The position numbers and the translations under genes were made by a program. Positions 19,238-27,948 of a stretch of 64,000 nucleotides of DNA are shown in pieces. This DNA is from a virus. Position 1 is the first letter of the stretch, and every line of letters begins with the position of its first letter. The stretch is from positions 64,001-128,000 of IMG/VR virus record IMGVR_UViG_3300047510_001668; one strand, 5' to 3'. The notes below the pieces were generated by a model, which did not search any database, had not been told where the DNA came from, and saw only the letters and a list, made by a program, of their open reading frames with translations.

Positions 19238-19427
19238 GGAGTTTCTCCTGGTCTGGTATGATGAACCATGCTATAAAATATCCCACCACAGCAGGAAACG
19301 GTGTCCAGATGGCAAGTACCCATAAGAACCGAATCAGTGTGACATCTGCATCCAACATTTCACTTAACCCAGCACAAACACCACCTAACTTACCTTCCTT
19401 GCTGATTCGATACCACCGTTTCTTCAT
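19170..19427 (-). CDS. pspC: PspC-domain membrane protein
   Basis: YR...GKLGGVCAGLSE..D.D.TLIR.LWV..Y.IAWFIIP. Confidence 0.9.
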   Translation of the reverse strand: MKKRWYRISKEGKLGGVCAGLSEMLDADVTLIRFLWVLAIWTPFPAVVGYFIAWFIIPDQEKLHANTTTSTTTTSTTGNKEFLAG

Positions 19428-20320
19428 ACTACCTCCAGATATTTGAAGTATGCCAGTTCCTTGGCTTTAGTTTCCAAATCCACATCTATATTTAGACCGA
19501 AATCATCAATTTTCACAAAGGCATAATCAGAATGAGCACGGGGATTGCCATTTACATTTTCATTCAAGTTTTTGCTTTCACTGTAATGAAACAATGGCGT
19601 GGTGTCCCAAGTGGATGCTGCCAAAGCAGCAGCTTCATCAGATGCCAATCCATCAGGGTGAAAGGTGTGATGGAAATAATCAAATGTGATGGGTGTCTTG
19701 ATTCGTGAATAGATGTGTTGATACAACTGATTCACAGAGAAGGAATTGGCCTTGTCATCATTCTCCACCACCAGACGTTGTTGTGTAGCACTGTTCAGGT
19801 TCTGAAATTGTTCACAGAACTTGTCAACCACATCCTGAGAATAGTTCATACCCACATGAATGTTCAAGGGATAGTAATGGCTCACGGGAATCCCCATCAT
19901 GGAAAACAACAGATTGTGATGATGTAGATTTTTGAGGCTACGTTTCACCACCTCAGGCTTGCTGGATGCCAGTTTCACAAAGTGGTCAGGATGAAAGCTC
20001 ACACGCATGCCACTTGCCATGATGACTTCACCTGCCTCACGCAATGCCAACAGGATGTGTTGGTAATCTGGTAAATCTGTTTCCTTGTATTCCTCGAACC
20101 AGGGAAAGATGTTGCTGCCAATTCGAAACACCCGAACATCATTCTGAACATTCCATTTCAGAATCTTCACCAGGTCCTGTGCATTCTGTAAAGTAAGCAA
20201 GGACGTCCGTTCCAGTTTCGTGTCCTGACGGAACGAAGCCTGACGTAACGTCCTGCCTGTGGTGATTTTCTGTTTGCCTAGTGTCAGATTGATACAGCAG
20301 TACCCAACTTGATGTGGCAT
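19424..20320 (-). CDS. uvsE: UV-damage endonuclease UvsE/UvdE
   Basis: GYCCIN, VFRIGS, RVSFHP, VENDD, FDYFHH, HYSES, PRAHSDY. Confidence 0.92.
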   Translation of the reverse strand: MPHQVGYCCINLTLGKQKITTGRTLRQASFRQDTKLERTSLLTLQNAQDLVKILKWNVQNDVRVFRIGSNIFPWFEEYKETDLPDYQHILLALREAGEVIMASGMRVSFHPDHFVKLASSKPEVVKRSLKNLHHHNLLFSMMGIPVSHYYPLNIHVGMNYSQDVVDKFCEQFQNLNSATQQRLVVENDDKANSFSVNQLYQHIYSRIKTPITFDYFHHTFHPDGLASDEAAALAASTWDTTPLFHYSESKNLNENVNGNPRAHSDYAFVKIDDFGLNIDVDLETKAKELAYFKYLEVV

Positions 20321-20345
20321 AACACCTCACTTGAAGTCATACTGT

Positions 20346-20374
20346 AATATGACACTTGTTACCAGAAAAGTCAA
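20346..20374 (-). promoter_or_regulatory. early promoter
   Basis: TTGACT-17-CATATT upstream of uvsE. Confidence 0.6.
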
Positions 20375-20377
20375 GTC

Positions 20378-20470
20378 CTACCGCTTTCTCCTGTTGGAAC
20401 GCACCTTGCGTTTCTTGCTACCAATTTTTCTACGACCACGGCGCGGACGATTCTTATGCGGGTGTGGCAT
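20378..20470 (-). CDS. 30-aa extremely basic peptide (not in track)
   Basis: MPHPHKNRPRRGRRKIGSKKRKVRSNRRKR; AAGGAG RBS at correct spacing. Confidence 0.7.
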   Translation of the reverse strand: MPHPHKNRPRRGRRKIGSKKRKVRSNRRKR

Positions 20471-20508
20471 AATTTACTCCTTGACGGGTGGCTTGTTCTT
20501 TAAGTGCC

Positions 20509-20778
20509 TCAACATGCTGTCCACTCAATTGGGTTGCCATCTTCATCCACTCTGGGAAATTCTGTTGAGTTATCTTCACTTCGTTTGGGTGTATCATATA
20601 ATCCTATCTCCTGTGATAATGCAGTTAATTCATTTGCTGATTTATATGTATCTGTGTTTGGTAATCCACTATATTCACACATTTTTTCTTGTTTTCCAAA
20701 AATTTTATCCCAATTATCATCAAACTGCTGTTTCTTCACATTCATGGGTCGGGGTGCATCTCCTTTGCCGTTCATCAT
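20509..20778 (-). CDS. hypothetical protein
   Basis: Coupled ORF in operon. Confidence 0.6.
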   Translation of the reverse strand: MMNGKGDAPRPMNVKKQQFDDNWDKIFGKQEKMCEYSGLPNTDTYKSANELTALSQEIGLYDTPKRSEDNSTEFPRVDEDGNPIEWTAC

Positions 20779-21017
20779 GCCCTCTTAATCATGTTGTTCC
20801 AACTGACATCAAAAATGAAATACAACAATGTCTTGCCGAAAAATTCAAATGCCGACACTCCTATACTTATACCAAGATTCTGTGTCACCACCAGGGTGAG
20901 AAGAAATGTGATGCTCACGGAATAGAAGCGATAGATTATCGCCTTGGCCAACAACACACGATTGCTCAAATAGCGTTGGCTCAGAAACAAACGAATGGTT
21001 GCCTTCAGCCTTCTCAT
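20775..21017 (-). CDS. DUF2061-like small membrane protein
   Basis: KAIIYRFYS..T..TL..T, K.LLYFIFD..W; ATGA overlap with purA stop. Confidence 0.7.
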   Translation of the reverse strand: MRRLKATIRLFLSQRYLSNRVLLAKAIIYRFYSVSITFLLTLVVTQNLGISIGVSAFEFFGKTLLYFIFDVSWNNMIKRA

Positions 21018-22042
21018 ACCTGCTCCGGACTGGTGGACCAGGTGATGGAATGCAATTCTGGACGATAATGCCATCGAATGGTGTCTTCCACAAATCTCTT
21101 GAATTGTGTTAGGGTGTCGAACAGATGGCGTGTGCCTCGAAACACCACACCAAACTTTCCCACCTGTTCCATGACATCCACTTTGTTGATGATGAGGTCT
21201 GTGACATCATTGATGTACATGGCTTGAATCACACCATCCAGATGCATCCAACGCACCTGACGCTTTCTGCCTGTAGTGGCACCAAACTCCTGGCCTGCTT
21301 CCTGAATCTTGTCCAGCACCTCCTGGTCACCTTTGTCATTGAATGTCTTGAATCCAGAATAGGTTTCATAGGCCTTCATCACACCATACACCTTTCTCCA
21401 GGTTCTGGGAGGGATGCCATTCAACGCCACGGCACCTGAGGTGCAATGTGAGCTGGTGACATAGGGATAATCACCCCAATCAATGTCAATCTGAAATCCC
21501 TGAGCTCCTTCACACAACACCGTCATCTCACGGTTGTCACCATGAAAATAGCTGTAGGTGTCAATCATGTCATAGGGAATGTCCCAGCTGTTGTATTTCA
21601 ACACCTCTTTGATTCTGGTGCCAGTTCTGCCATACTTGTCACGATAGGTGGGCCCAATCCCTTGTCGAGTGGTGCCAATCTTGGTGTCTGTGCCATCTTC
21701 CTGAAGGTGTTTGTCCTGAGTGACATGGCATCTGGCATCCACCATCATGGGAGCTGAGAATCCCAGCTTCTCCAGCATCTCCAGTTCCTCACGAAGCTTG
21801 GGAAGATGCACCACACAGCCAATGCCAATCACGCTGGGGATGTTGTAGAACACACCCACAGGCACCTGATGAGTCACCACCTTCTGCCCTTGGTGATAGA
21901 TGGTGTGGCCAGCGTTGGCGCCGCCATTGTATCGGAGCACCGCATCATAGTTGTTGTTCTTGGCCAACCAATGAGCCACTTTACCTTTGCCAGTGTCTCC
22001 TGCCTGGAGATCCACCACAATGTCTGCATGACGAATCATCAT
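21014..22042 (-). CDS. purA: adenylosuccinate synthetase, short (PurA/PurZ superfamily)
   Basis: GDTGKG, GGANAGHT, GTTRQGIGPTY, EGAQG, YPYVTSS, GATTGR, NKVD. Confidence 0.92.
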   Translation of the reverse strand: MMIRHADIVVDLQAGDTGKGKVAHWLAKNNNYDAVLRYNGGANAGHTIYHQGQKVVTHQVPVGVFYNIPSVIGIGCVVHLPKLREELEMLEKLGFSAPMMVDARCHVTQDKHLQEDGTDTKIGTTRQGIGPTYRDKYGRTGTRIKEVLKYNSWDIPYDMIDTYSYFHGDNREMTVLCEGAQGFQIDIDWGDYPYVTSSHCTSGAVALNGIPPRTWRKVYGVMKAYETYSGFKTFNDKGDQEVLDKIQEAGQEFGATTGRKRQVRWMHLDGVIQAMYINDVTDLIINKVDVMEQVGKFGVVFRGTRHLFDTLTQFKRFVEDTIRWHYRPELHSITWSTSPEQV

Positions 22043-22251
22043 CTACCTCGGTTCACGAAACGTGACAATGTATGAACAGCTTCTTTATTTTCTGGACGAA
22101 CAAACACCACTCTACCTGCCGTCTTGTGGTCATACACCATGGCACCCACATACTTCTGCACACCTGAACATGTCACACAGGTTTGTGTGTCAGGGAGCAC
22201 ATCCAAGCGAGATTGTGGGATACCAGACTTGCACCGAGCACATGTTCGCAT
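22039..22251 (-). CDS. TraR/DksA C4 zinc-finger protein
   Basis: CARCKSGIPQSRLDVLPDTQTCVTC. Confidence 0.75.
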   Translation of the reverse strand: MRTCARCKSGIPQSRLDVLPDTQTCVTCSGVQKYVGAMVYDHKTAGRVVFVRPENKEAVHTLSRFVNRGR

Positions 22252-22283
22252 ACATCCTCCTGAAAGGGTACAGGAGTAATATA

Positions 22284-23372
22284 CTATCTGGGAGGGGCGT
22301 TGTCAAGTTGTTCCAGATTTTTAGCGTTACCACCTAGCAGTTTGATGGGCATGATACCCACACGAACATCTGGATAGGATTTTTCATCCACTTCAAACTT
22401 TCTACCAGAACCAAAACGAGCACCCAGAATGGCCTTGTAGCTGCCAGTTTTGAAATGTGAAATGTCTGTGGAGAAGGATGAGGCGGCCGCCGAGAAGGAC
22501 AAAGCATGCACCTTGCCACGTGGTTGAAGAATGGGATTGCCTTGGGCAATCATGTTCACGTTGTCGGTGTTTCTGTTTCTGGCACTGAATTCTGGACCAT
22601 ACACCGCCTTGCCAATCAATTCATCATCCTGAATGCTCATGAAGAAGCGTTCTCGGGCATCCAGAATTCTTCCATGCACCTGTGCCAGCATACGCAGAAA
22701 CTTCAGCACCTCGGGATGTTCACTGATGGCACCTGGCATCTTGCCATCTGCCTCACGGCTGATACCAGAATACTGTTGGAAGCCACTGGCATCTGTTCCC
22801 AGCTTGTGAGACAGGAAATACACATTCTGAAATTTCTTTTTCTGTGGGTGGAAGGTGACCAGCGCCACGTCCGCTTTGGGTGTGCCTGCCACTTTGTTGG
22901 CACCATAGATGTTCTTCAGAATCTTTCCTCCGATGCTCACATCAATGGGAGATTCCATGTGGGCAATGTATTGATTGATGTCCTGCAACACCATGAGTTC
23001 TCCCCGTTCTGTGGCAGTGGGGGCATTCAACTTGTAGCTGACATCCAGATGATGCATGCGATGCAACAAGCCATGCACCTGTTCTCCAGCTGGTGCACTG
23101 CTGATGACACCCTTCATCTTGCCACCAAACTCAGGTGTTTTCTGAAGCTGGTTGAGCTTGATGCCTTGTGCCTGGTCCGTGACCAGTATCACCTGGTTCA
23201 AGGCTTTCACATCTCGCTTCATCACCAGGTGCACCACATGTTGTTGAGGCATCAGCACCACTTGTTGATGATCCATGGTGGTGAAGGGCTGATGATTCTG
23301 ATATTTCTTCAGAAACACATCCACTCGCCAATCATACTTGAACAGCTCCGTGGGGCGTAAGTCAGATGCCAT
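22284..23372 (-). CDS. hypothetical, possible PD-(D/E)XK nuclease
   Basis: TPKADV....SHK..FQQY pattern. Confidence 0.55.
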   Translation of the reverse strand: MASDLRPTELFKYDWRVDVFLKKYQNHQPFTTMDHQQVVLMPQQHVVHLVMKRDVKALNQVILVTDQAQGIKLNQLQKTPEFGGKMKGVISSAPAGEQVHGLLHRMHHLDVSYKLNAPTATERGELMVLQDINQYIAHMESPIDVSIGGKILKNIYGANKVAGTPKADVALVTFHPQKKKFQNVYFLSHKLGTDASGFQQYSGISREADGKMPGAISEHPEVLKFLRMLAQVHGRILDARERFFMSIQDDELIGKAVYGPEFSARNRNTDNVNMIAQGNPILQPRGKVHALSFSAAASSFSTDISHFKTGSYKAILGARFGSGRKFEVDEKSYPDVRVGIMPIKLLGGNAKNLEQLDNAPPR

Positions 23373-24004
23373 CAGCCATCACCCTGGATGATGTCATAGT
23401 AGAAACGATTGCTATCTTCCATGGTGTATTTGGGATGATTCTCCACACGATACACCTGATGATTAATCAAACGTTGCACCACCAGATCCTGTTTCACCGT
23501 GAAGCTGGGGTCAAAGAAACGCATTCTGTTGTTGGGTTGTATGGCGAAATGGCCGGAATCCAACTTCACGACATGACCACATTTATGATTGTCAGGGGTC
23601 TCGCTGTAGCCAAAACGCAGCTCGTTGTAATCTCCCTGAGCCCAATCCAGGGTGAACAGGTATTCTCCTGAATGTTTCTGATTGTCTCGGTCATAGTACA
23701 TGCAGGTCAAGCCGCTCAAGGCGGCAAACGTGGTGACAGCAATGTTGTAGCTGAAGTTGTTCCAGAGTTGCAACTGTGACAATTCTCGGTGTTCACATGG
23801 CTTCCAGCATAACGCACTCACAGGCACACCCCACCAGATGCCTCCATCTTCCATCAGGATGGTGAACAGGGTGGCTTCCCCGGGCCGGGAAATCACTCCA
23901 AAGGCAATGCAGGGGTGGAATTCCCCATGGCCATGTTCATGATTCTGAAGATATTCTGCCCGAACCAGGCAGCTTATCACGGGTATGTTGCAGTTCAGGT
24001 ACAT
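23372..24004 (-). CDS. conserved phage hypothetical protein
   Basis: MYLNCNIP..VRAEYL..GHGEF, LQLWNNFSY, AIQPNNR. Confidence 0.7.
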   Translation of the reverse strand: MYLNCNIPVISCLVRAEYLQNHEHGHGEFHPCIAFGVISRPGEATLFTILMEDGGIWWGVPVSALCWKPCEHRELSQLQLWNNFSYNIAVTTFAALSGLTCMYYDRDNQKHSGEYLFTLDWAQGDYNELRFGYSETPDNHKCGHVVKLDSGHFAIQPNNRMRFFDPSFTVKQDLVVQRLINHQVYRVENHPKYTMEDSNRFYYDIIQGDG

Positions 24005-24173
24005 GCAGCACCACCTCATCTCGGTGTATTCTGCCAGCAGTCCCCATGACCATCCTGGCATCATGCAATCCAAAACGTCGAGCCTCAGCCACCGTCTTGG
24101 CATACACTATCGTGGAATATTTATAGTGGGCAGTGAAGCAGGTGTAAACATAGCAGTTTCGTTGATTACGCAT
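23937..24173 (-). CDS. hypothetical protein
   Basis: ORF in operon orientation, start uncertain. Confidence 0.4.
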   Translation of the reverse strand: MRNQRNCYVYTCFTAHYKYSTIVYAKTVAEARRFGLHDARMVMGTAGRIHRDEVVLHVPELQHTRDKLPGSGRISSES

Positions 24174-24174
24174 A

Positions 24175-24354
24175 TCAGACCCCCAGGAAATAACGAACAG
24201 GAACAATGATAATCATGATGATGCTGACCCAGAGCATGGTGCAGATGCAGAACCAGATGATGGCGAGCATTCTGGGTGAAAGCTGAGGGACCTGAATGAA
24301 CATCATCAGAGTGAGAAACAGAACAATGATGGGCATGTGGAAAGGGGTTTTCAT
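24175..24354 (-). CDS. small membrane protein
   Basis: Two hydrophobic stretches. Confidence 0.55.
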   Translation of the reverse strand: MKTPFHMPIIVLFLTLMMFIQVPQLSPRMLAIIWFCICTMLWVSIIMIIIVPVRYFLGV

Positions 24355-24469
24355 GGAAAAATTGCGCAGAAAAAAATTTCTATTGGAGAATTTCAGAAAT
24401 GGAGCAGAATTCCATGGTTGGGATCCCAAGGGAACCAGCCTGGGAGGGGTTTATGTCGTCCTCATGATG

Positions 24470-24501
24470 AAACCCGACTAGAGATTTCCATAGTCGGGTT
24501 T
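24470..24501. terminator. hairpin, putative terminator
   Basis: AAACCCGACTA-10 nt-TAGTCGGGTTT perfect 11 bp stem. Confidence 0.6.
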
Positions 24502-24511
24502 TCAGGTGTTG

Positions 24512-24652
24512 CTATGTGACAGGGTGCTGACTGGCCAACACCTGGGCCAGTTCCAGCTCCAGCATCAGCTTCTGCTTCAGTAGGTGCTGCCTCTCCACTT
24601 CCAAACGCTGATATTTCTCTAGTTCCTTCTGTAGCATCTGTAGGGGTTGCAT
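24512..24652 (-). CDS. small coiled-coil protein
   Basis: MQPLQMLQKELEKYQ... Confidence 0.5.
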   Translation of the reverse strand: MQPLQMLQKELEKYQRLEVERQHLLKQKLMLELELAQVLASQHPVT

Positions 24653-24653
24653 G

Positions 24654-25496
24654 TCACACACCTCGGAGCAGAAGCACACGACCCATACGCTCCCAGTCAC
24701 CAGGGTGTGACTTGGCAAGAGAGCAGAGCTTCATCACGGTACGCAAGCTGTACTCACGAAGGTCATCACGGTGTTGCTTCAGGAAGTGCATGATAGCCAC
24801 ACCCACTGGAGCAGTCACACCCTCACGCTGGAACATCTTGCCAGCTGTGGCCACATGCTCCACCCAGAGATGAATGGCCTGACGGTCATGCAAGCGAAGA
24901 TCCAGGTACAGACTGCGAGACATCAGAGCCTCGAAATGCTTCACGTACTTGTTGGCACCCTGATCCACGTACTTCTGGAAATCCAGATTGCTGATGAAGA
25001 TGAAACTCCCATGGAAATCATACCACTGGGGCACGTCATCCTGACGTAGTGTGGCGGAATCCTTCAACCAGGACACACGCCGGACAGGGGAGCTGTCGCA
25101 GAGAGCCTTCAGGATGTTCAGGGCATCCTCGTCGGTGAAGATGCTGTCGGCGTCATCCAACACAATCACCGACCCGGGCTTCCGCATCCGGTAGCCCAGC
25201 TTGTACAGCTCCACCGCGCTGATGGCACCGCTCACCGACTCACGGCGTTCCTCAGGGATGCGCGACAGGGTCTGGTGCACGGTGAATGTCTTGCCCACAC
25301 CCGGGGCACCCGTCACCACCATGCTACGGATGTTGCTCTGGGTGGCACCCTGGGTCAACTTGCCCAACATCTCGAACCGATCCTTCAGGTCAGTCAACAC
25401 CTCGAGGTCGGTTCTGGCCTTCTTGGTCACCAACTTGGCGCGCTCGGCAAGCATGGCCTTGGACGGACGACCGCGACGCTTAATCTGGAGAGACAT
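24654..25496 (-). CDS. P-loop ATPase with N-terminal AT-hook-like motif
   Basis: RRGRPSK; GAPGVGKT; VIVLDDAD. Confidence 0.85.
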   Translation of the reverse strand: MSLQIKRRGRPSKAMLAERAKLVTKKARTDLEVLTDLKDRFEMLGKLTQGATQSNIRSMVVTGAPGVGKTFTVHQTLSRIPEERRESVSGAISAVELYKLGYRMRKPGSVIVLDDADSIFTDEDALNILKALCDSSPVRRVSWLKDSATLRQDDVPQWYDFHGSFIFISNLDFQKYVDQGANKYVKHFEALMSRSLYLDLRLHDRQAIHLWVEHVATAGKMFQREGVTAPVGVAIMHFLKQHRDDLREYSLRTVMKLCSLAKSHPGDWERMGRVLLLRGV

Positions 25497-25522
25497 ATTC
25501 ACCTTGTTTTGGAGTGTTTTGC

Positions 25523-25551
25523 AATTTAACGAAAAGTGGTCATGAAGTCAA
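25523..25551 (-). promoter_or_regulatory. early promoter
   Basis: TTGACT-17-TAAATT. Confidence 0.65.
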
Positions 25552-25579
25552 TAGCGACACCATCACGACACCGGTGTCA

Positions 25580-26281
25580 CTATGCCGCCCGAGTCAGCAC
25601 CGTGAACCCGGTCTGGTCTTTCTTGGCTTTTCCATTTGCCTTCAACCCCACCACCACCGCGCGGTCATCCAGGAATCGGAGATCCGTTTCTGTACCATCC
25701 ACCACCGTGACGCCGGCCCACTTCGCGGGCAGGGTGTCGAACACCACGGCCACGTTCATCACACCAGCCGACAGCACCTGCAACGCCTCCATCTCATTCA
25801 CCTCAGACCTGGAGAACGTGAGATGGTAGTTGGCTGGGATGCCTCGACGATTGGGAATCTTGGTGTAATCATAAAACTGCACCGTCGGGAACGCTTCCAT
25901 GATGTTGCTACGCCATGCACCATCGGCATACACGGCGATGGTCTCCCAGCGGATGTCGCTGGTGCCATTCAGTCGGAACACTGGCACCAACCCAGCCTTC
26001 TGGCTGGACCGAATGGCAGAGCGAATCTCCTTAAGGAGCTGATACATGAAGGCACCACGATCCTCGAAGAACCACTTGGTCTTGGCGATGCGCGCTGCCT
26101 GAACATTGCTGAACACCCCCATGCCCGACAGGTTCAGGCACGCTGAAGCGCACCCAGGTGACGCCATGGGGCAGACCTGATAGCCCGACAGAGTGGAAGG
26201 GGCCAGGTGCATGATGTAGGTCCGGTACCCCAGCTTCTCACCCTTCATGGTCTTGGTGTTGGCGATTCCCAGCAGTTTCAT
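25580..26281 (-). CDS. Gp88-like protein
   Basis: CP.AS.GC...CL, RLNGTSDI.WE, QFYDYTK, YHLTFSRSE, DLRFLD. Confidence 0.8.
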   Translation of the reverse strand: MKLLGIANTKTMKGEKLGYRTYIMHLAPSTLSGYQVCPMASPGCASACLNLSGMGVFSNVQAARIAKTKWFFEDRGAFMYQLLKEIRSAIRSSQKAGLVPVFRLNGTSDIRWETIAVYADGAWRSNIMEAFPTVQFYDYTKIPNRRGIPANYHLTFSRSEVNEMEALQVLSAGVMNVAVVFDTLPAKWAGVTVVDGTETDLRFLDDRAVVVGLKANGKAKKDQTGFTVLTRAA

Positions 26282-26307
26282 ACGTCTCCTTGAGTGTTAT
26301 GCTATGC

Positions 26308-26368
26308 AATTTAATGGTTTTTCACCACTTTGTCAAGCACCGCTAAGTTGTTACGCTGCAATCACTTA
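26308..26368 (-). promoter_or_regulatory. early promoter plus 25-bp palindrome (copy 1)
   Basis: TTGACA-17-TAAATT; TAAGT-TG-TTA-CGCTG-CAA-TC-ACTTA at 26344-26368. Confidence 0.75.
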
Positions 26369-26526
26369 GCTGACAGCATTTCCATCATATGCAGCTTGGC
26401 CAGGCGCTGCGCCCGGTATTTCTCCTTGGTCCACTTGTGATCCTTCCGCTTCTGCTTCACCCAGCGGTCATACTCTTCCTTGGCTTCCTTCATGGCGATG
26501 CGATATTCCACGGTGTCCGGTTGCAT
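26362..26526 (-). CDS. hypothetical 54 aa (not in track)
   Basis: MQPDTVEYRIAMKEAKEEY...; TAATG coupling. Confidence 0.6.
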   Translation of the reverse strand: MQPDTVEYRIAMKEAKEEYDRWVKQKRKDHKWTKEKYRAQRLAKLHMMEMLSAK

Positions 26527-26702
26527 TAGCTCTCCTGAATGTTGAGGTCCTTCGCGGTTTCCAGCAACTGCTCATCCGTCAGAGTCTCGGTCCATTCCTT
26601 CTGCATATCATAGTAGGTGTTCTCCAGATCCTCCTGGCTGACCAGATCCAGCAACCGCTGCGCCACCAGCTCTTCCAGTTCCACTCGCTGGTTCTCGTCC
26701 AT
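26526..26702 (-). CDS. hypothetical 58 aa (not in track)
   Basis: MDENQRVELEELVAQR... Confidence 0.6.
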   Translation of the reverse strand: MDENQRVELEELVAQRLLDLVSQEDLENTYYDMQKEWTETLTDEQLLETAKDLNIQES

Positions 26703-26703
26703 G

Positions 26704-26907
26704 TTAGAAATCCTCCTGAAGGTCTTCTGGATCCACGATACCTGCCTGAATCATTTCATCCCGAAGGTCATCCACAGCACACTCCAGGTCCCACAACTTC
26801 ACATAGTAGCCATCCGGCGTGTGAGTGCCCTTGCTGGCATAGAGCGCGCGCTCAAACTTCACCCAGGCCTCCGCCACCAGATCCATTTGCGTTTTCACTT
26901 TTGCCAT
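26704..26907 (-). CDS. hypothetical protein
   Basis: Packed early-gene ORF. Confidence 0.6.
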   Translation of the reverse strand: MAKVKTQMDLVAEAWVKFERALYASKGTHTPDGYYVKLWDLECAVDDLRDEMIQAGIVDPEDLQEDF

Positions 26908-26909
26908 TT

Positions 26910-27224
26910 TCAGAACTCCAGGTTGATGTAATCATCCTTGCCCACAATCTGCCAGTAGCACGTTCGCAGGTCATCCTCGTTCCACACCTTCGCCGGGAGA
27001 TTGCGAGAAGGCTCCCCTAGGTTGTCATCCAGGCTATCATAGTAGTGGAACACACCCTCCACGATACACTCCAAGGCAAAGTTGTTGCCCACCAGGGTGA
27101 AATCAGCATCGCCGAAGCTCACCTTCTGGAACCCATTCAGGTCCACGTACTGGGCCAGGTCATCGCTGAAGCCCAGCTGGGCATACACCTCGGAAACATC
27201 CAGGAACGTCACGGTCTTTTGCAT
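26910..27224 (-). CDS. hypothetical protein
   Basis: Start MQKTV after GGAG. Confidence 0.6.
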   Translation of the reverse strand: MQKTVTFLDVSEVYAQLGFSDDLAQYVDLNGFQKVSFGDADFTLVGNNFALECIVEGVFHYYDSLDDNLGEPSRNLPAKVWNEDDLRTCYWQIVGKDDYINLEF

Positions 27225-27225
27225 T

Positions 27226-27399
27226 TCACTTCTCCAGGTTGGAAGGATCATCATTCACCCACTGCATCCACGCCACCACCGTTTGCTTCGCGGTTCGCTT
27301 GTCCAGCAGAAAGTAATCCTGAAGCCAAGGAGCCGAGCCGAACATATTCACCTCGCCGGTCCGGCGGAGTGCATTCAGGAACAGGAAGTGCTCTTGCAT
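27226..27399 (-). CDS. conserved small phage protein, 57 aa (not in track)
   Basis: FLNALRRTGEVNMFGSAPWL motif; TAATG coupling. Confidence 0.7.
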   Translation of the reverse strand: MQEHFLFLNALRRTGEVNMFGSAPWLQDYFLLDKRTAKQTVVAWMQWVNDDPSNLEK

Positions 27400-27830
27400 T
27401 ATGCCAACCCCGCTTCAGCTGCACGCTGGGCCAGTTCCACGATGCTCTCCACGTGATCCAGACTCTGTGGGTTGCGTCGAAGGTCATAGTGCTCCCACTC
27501 ACGGGCAGAAGCATCCCAGACATAGGCATGCTCGCATCCTGAGCCATCGGCGTGACTGAGCATATCACTCAGGAAATCAAACTGCACAGCCGGCTCCTGG
27601 AACAGCTTCCACTCGCCATCGTTGCCACCCATATCACGCCCACCCGGCGTGAGTAGCGAGCTGATGTTGCCACGACCCAACAGCACCTGCACCTCGCCAT
27701 CGTGGGAGTAGTGATCCCGAAGCATCACACCCACATATTGCGGGTAGCCATCCCAGTGGCAATAGATGCCAGTATATCGCGTGGAGTCGGGGTTGTTGCT
27801 CTTACGGATGATGAAGGAACGTGTAGCCAT
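27399..27830 (-). CDS. conserved phage hypothetical (IYCHWDGYP family)
   Basis: MATRS..IYCHWDGYP..VG..L...Y, EHAYVW. Confidence 0.75.
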   Translation of the reverse strand: MATRSFIIRKSNNPDSTRYTGIYCHWDGYPQYVGVMLRDHYSHDGEVQVLLGRGNISSLLTPGGRDMGGNDGEWKLFQEPAVQFDFLSDMLSHADGSGCEHAYVWDASAREWEHYDLRRNPQSLDHVESIVELAQRAAEAGLA

Positions 27831-27860
27831 TTGTTTTTCTCTCTTGTTGAGTGTTCCAGC

Positions 27861-27917
27861 AATCTAACGTGGGACGCAGAAATGGTCAAGCAGGGATTTG
27901 TAACGGAATTGTAACGG
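27861..27917 (-). promoter_or_regulatory. early promoter with tandem GTTAC box
   Basis: TTGACC-17-TAGATT; CCGTTACAATTCCGTTAC 10 bp upstream of -35. Confidence 0.7.
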
Positions 27918-27948
27918 ATTCATTAAGGTTGAGAATCGTTCTCATCCG

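Noticed and set aside
20476-20515. 13-aa ORF MLRHLKNKPPVKE
   Set aside because: No RBS; its end simply supplies the RBS of the basic peptide
21014-22042. Confident PurZ / Z-genome call
   Set aside because: Catalytic Asp and GTP-type NKVD retained; no DatZ in window
22506-23360. Long plus-strand ORF (also 20331-21068, 25514-26146, 35553-36524, 11321-11926)
   Set aside because: Antisense shadows of real minus-strand genes; no RBS or motifs
26344-26368. dif/Xer recombination site for the 25-bp palindrome
   Set aside because: Does not match XerC/XerD arms and occurs four times at fixed distance from promoters
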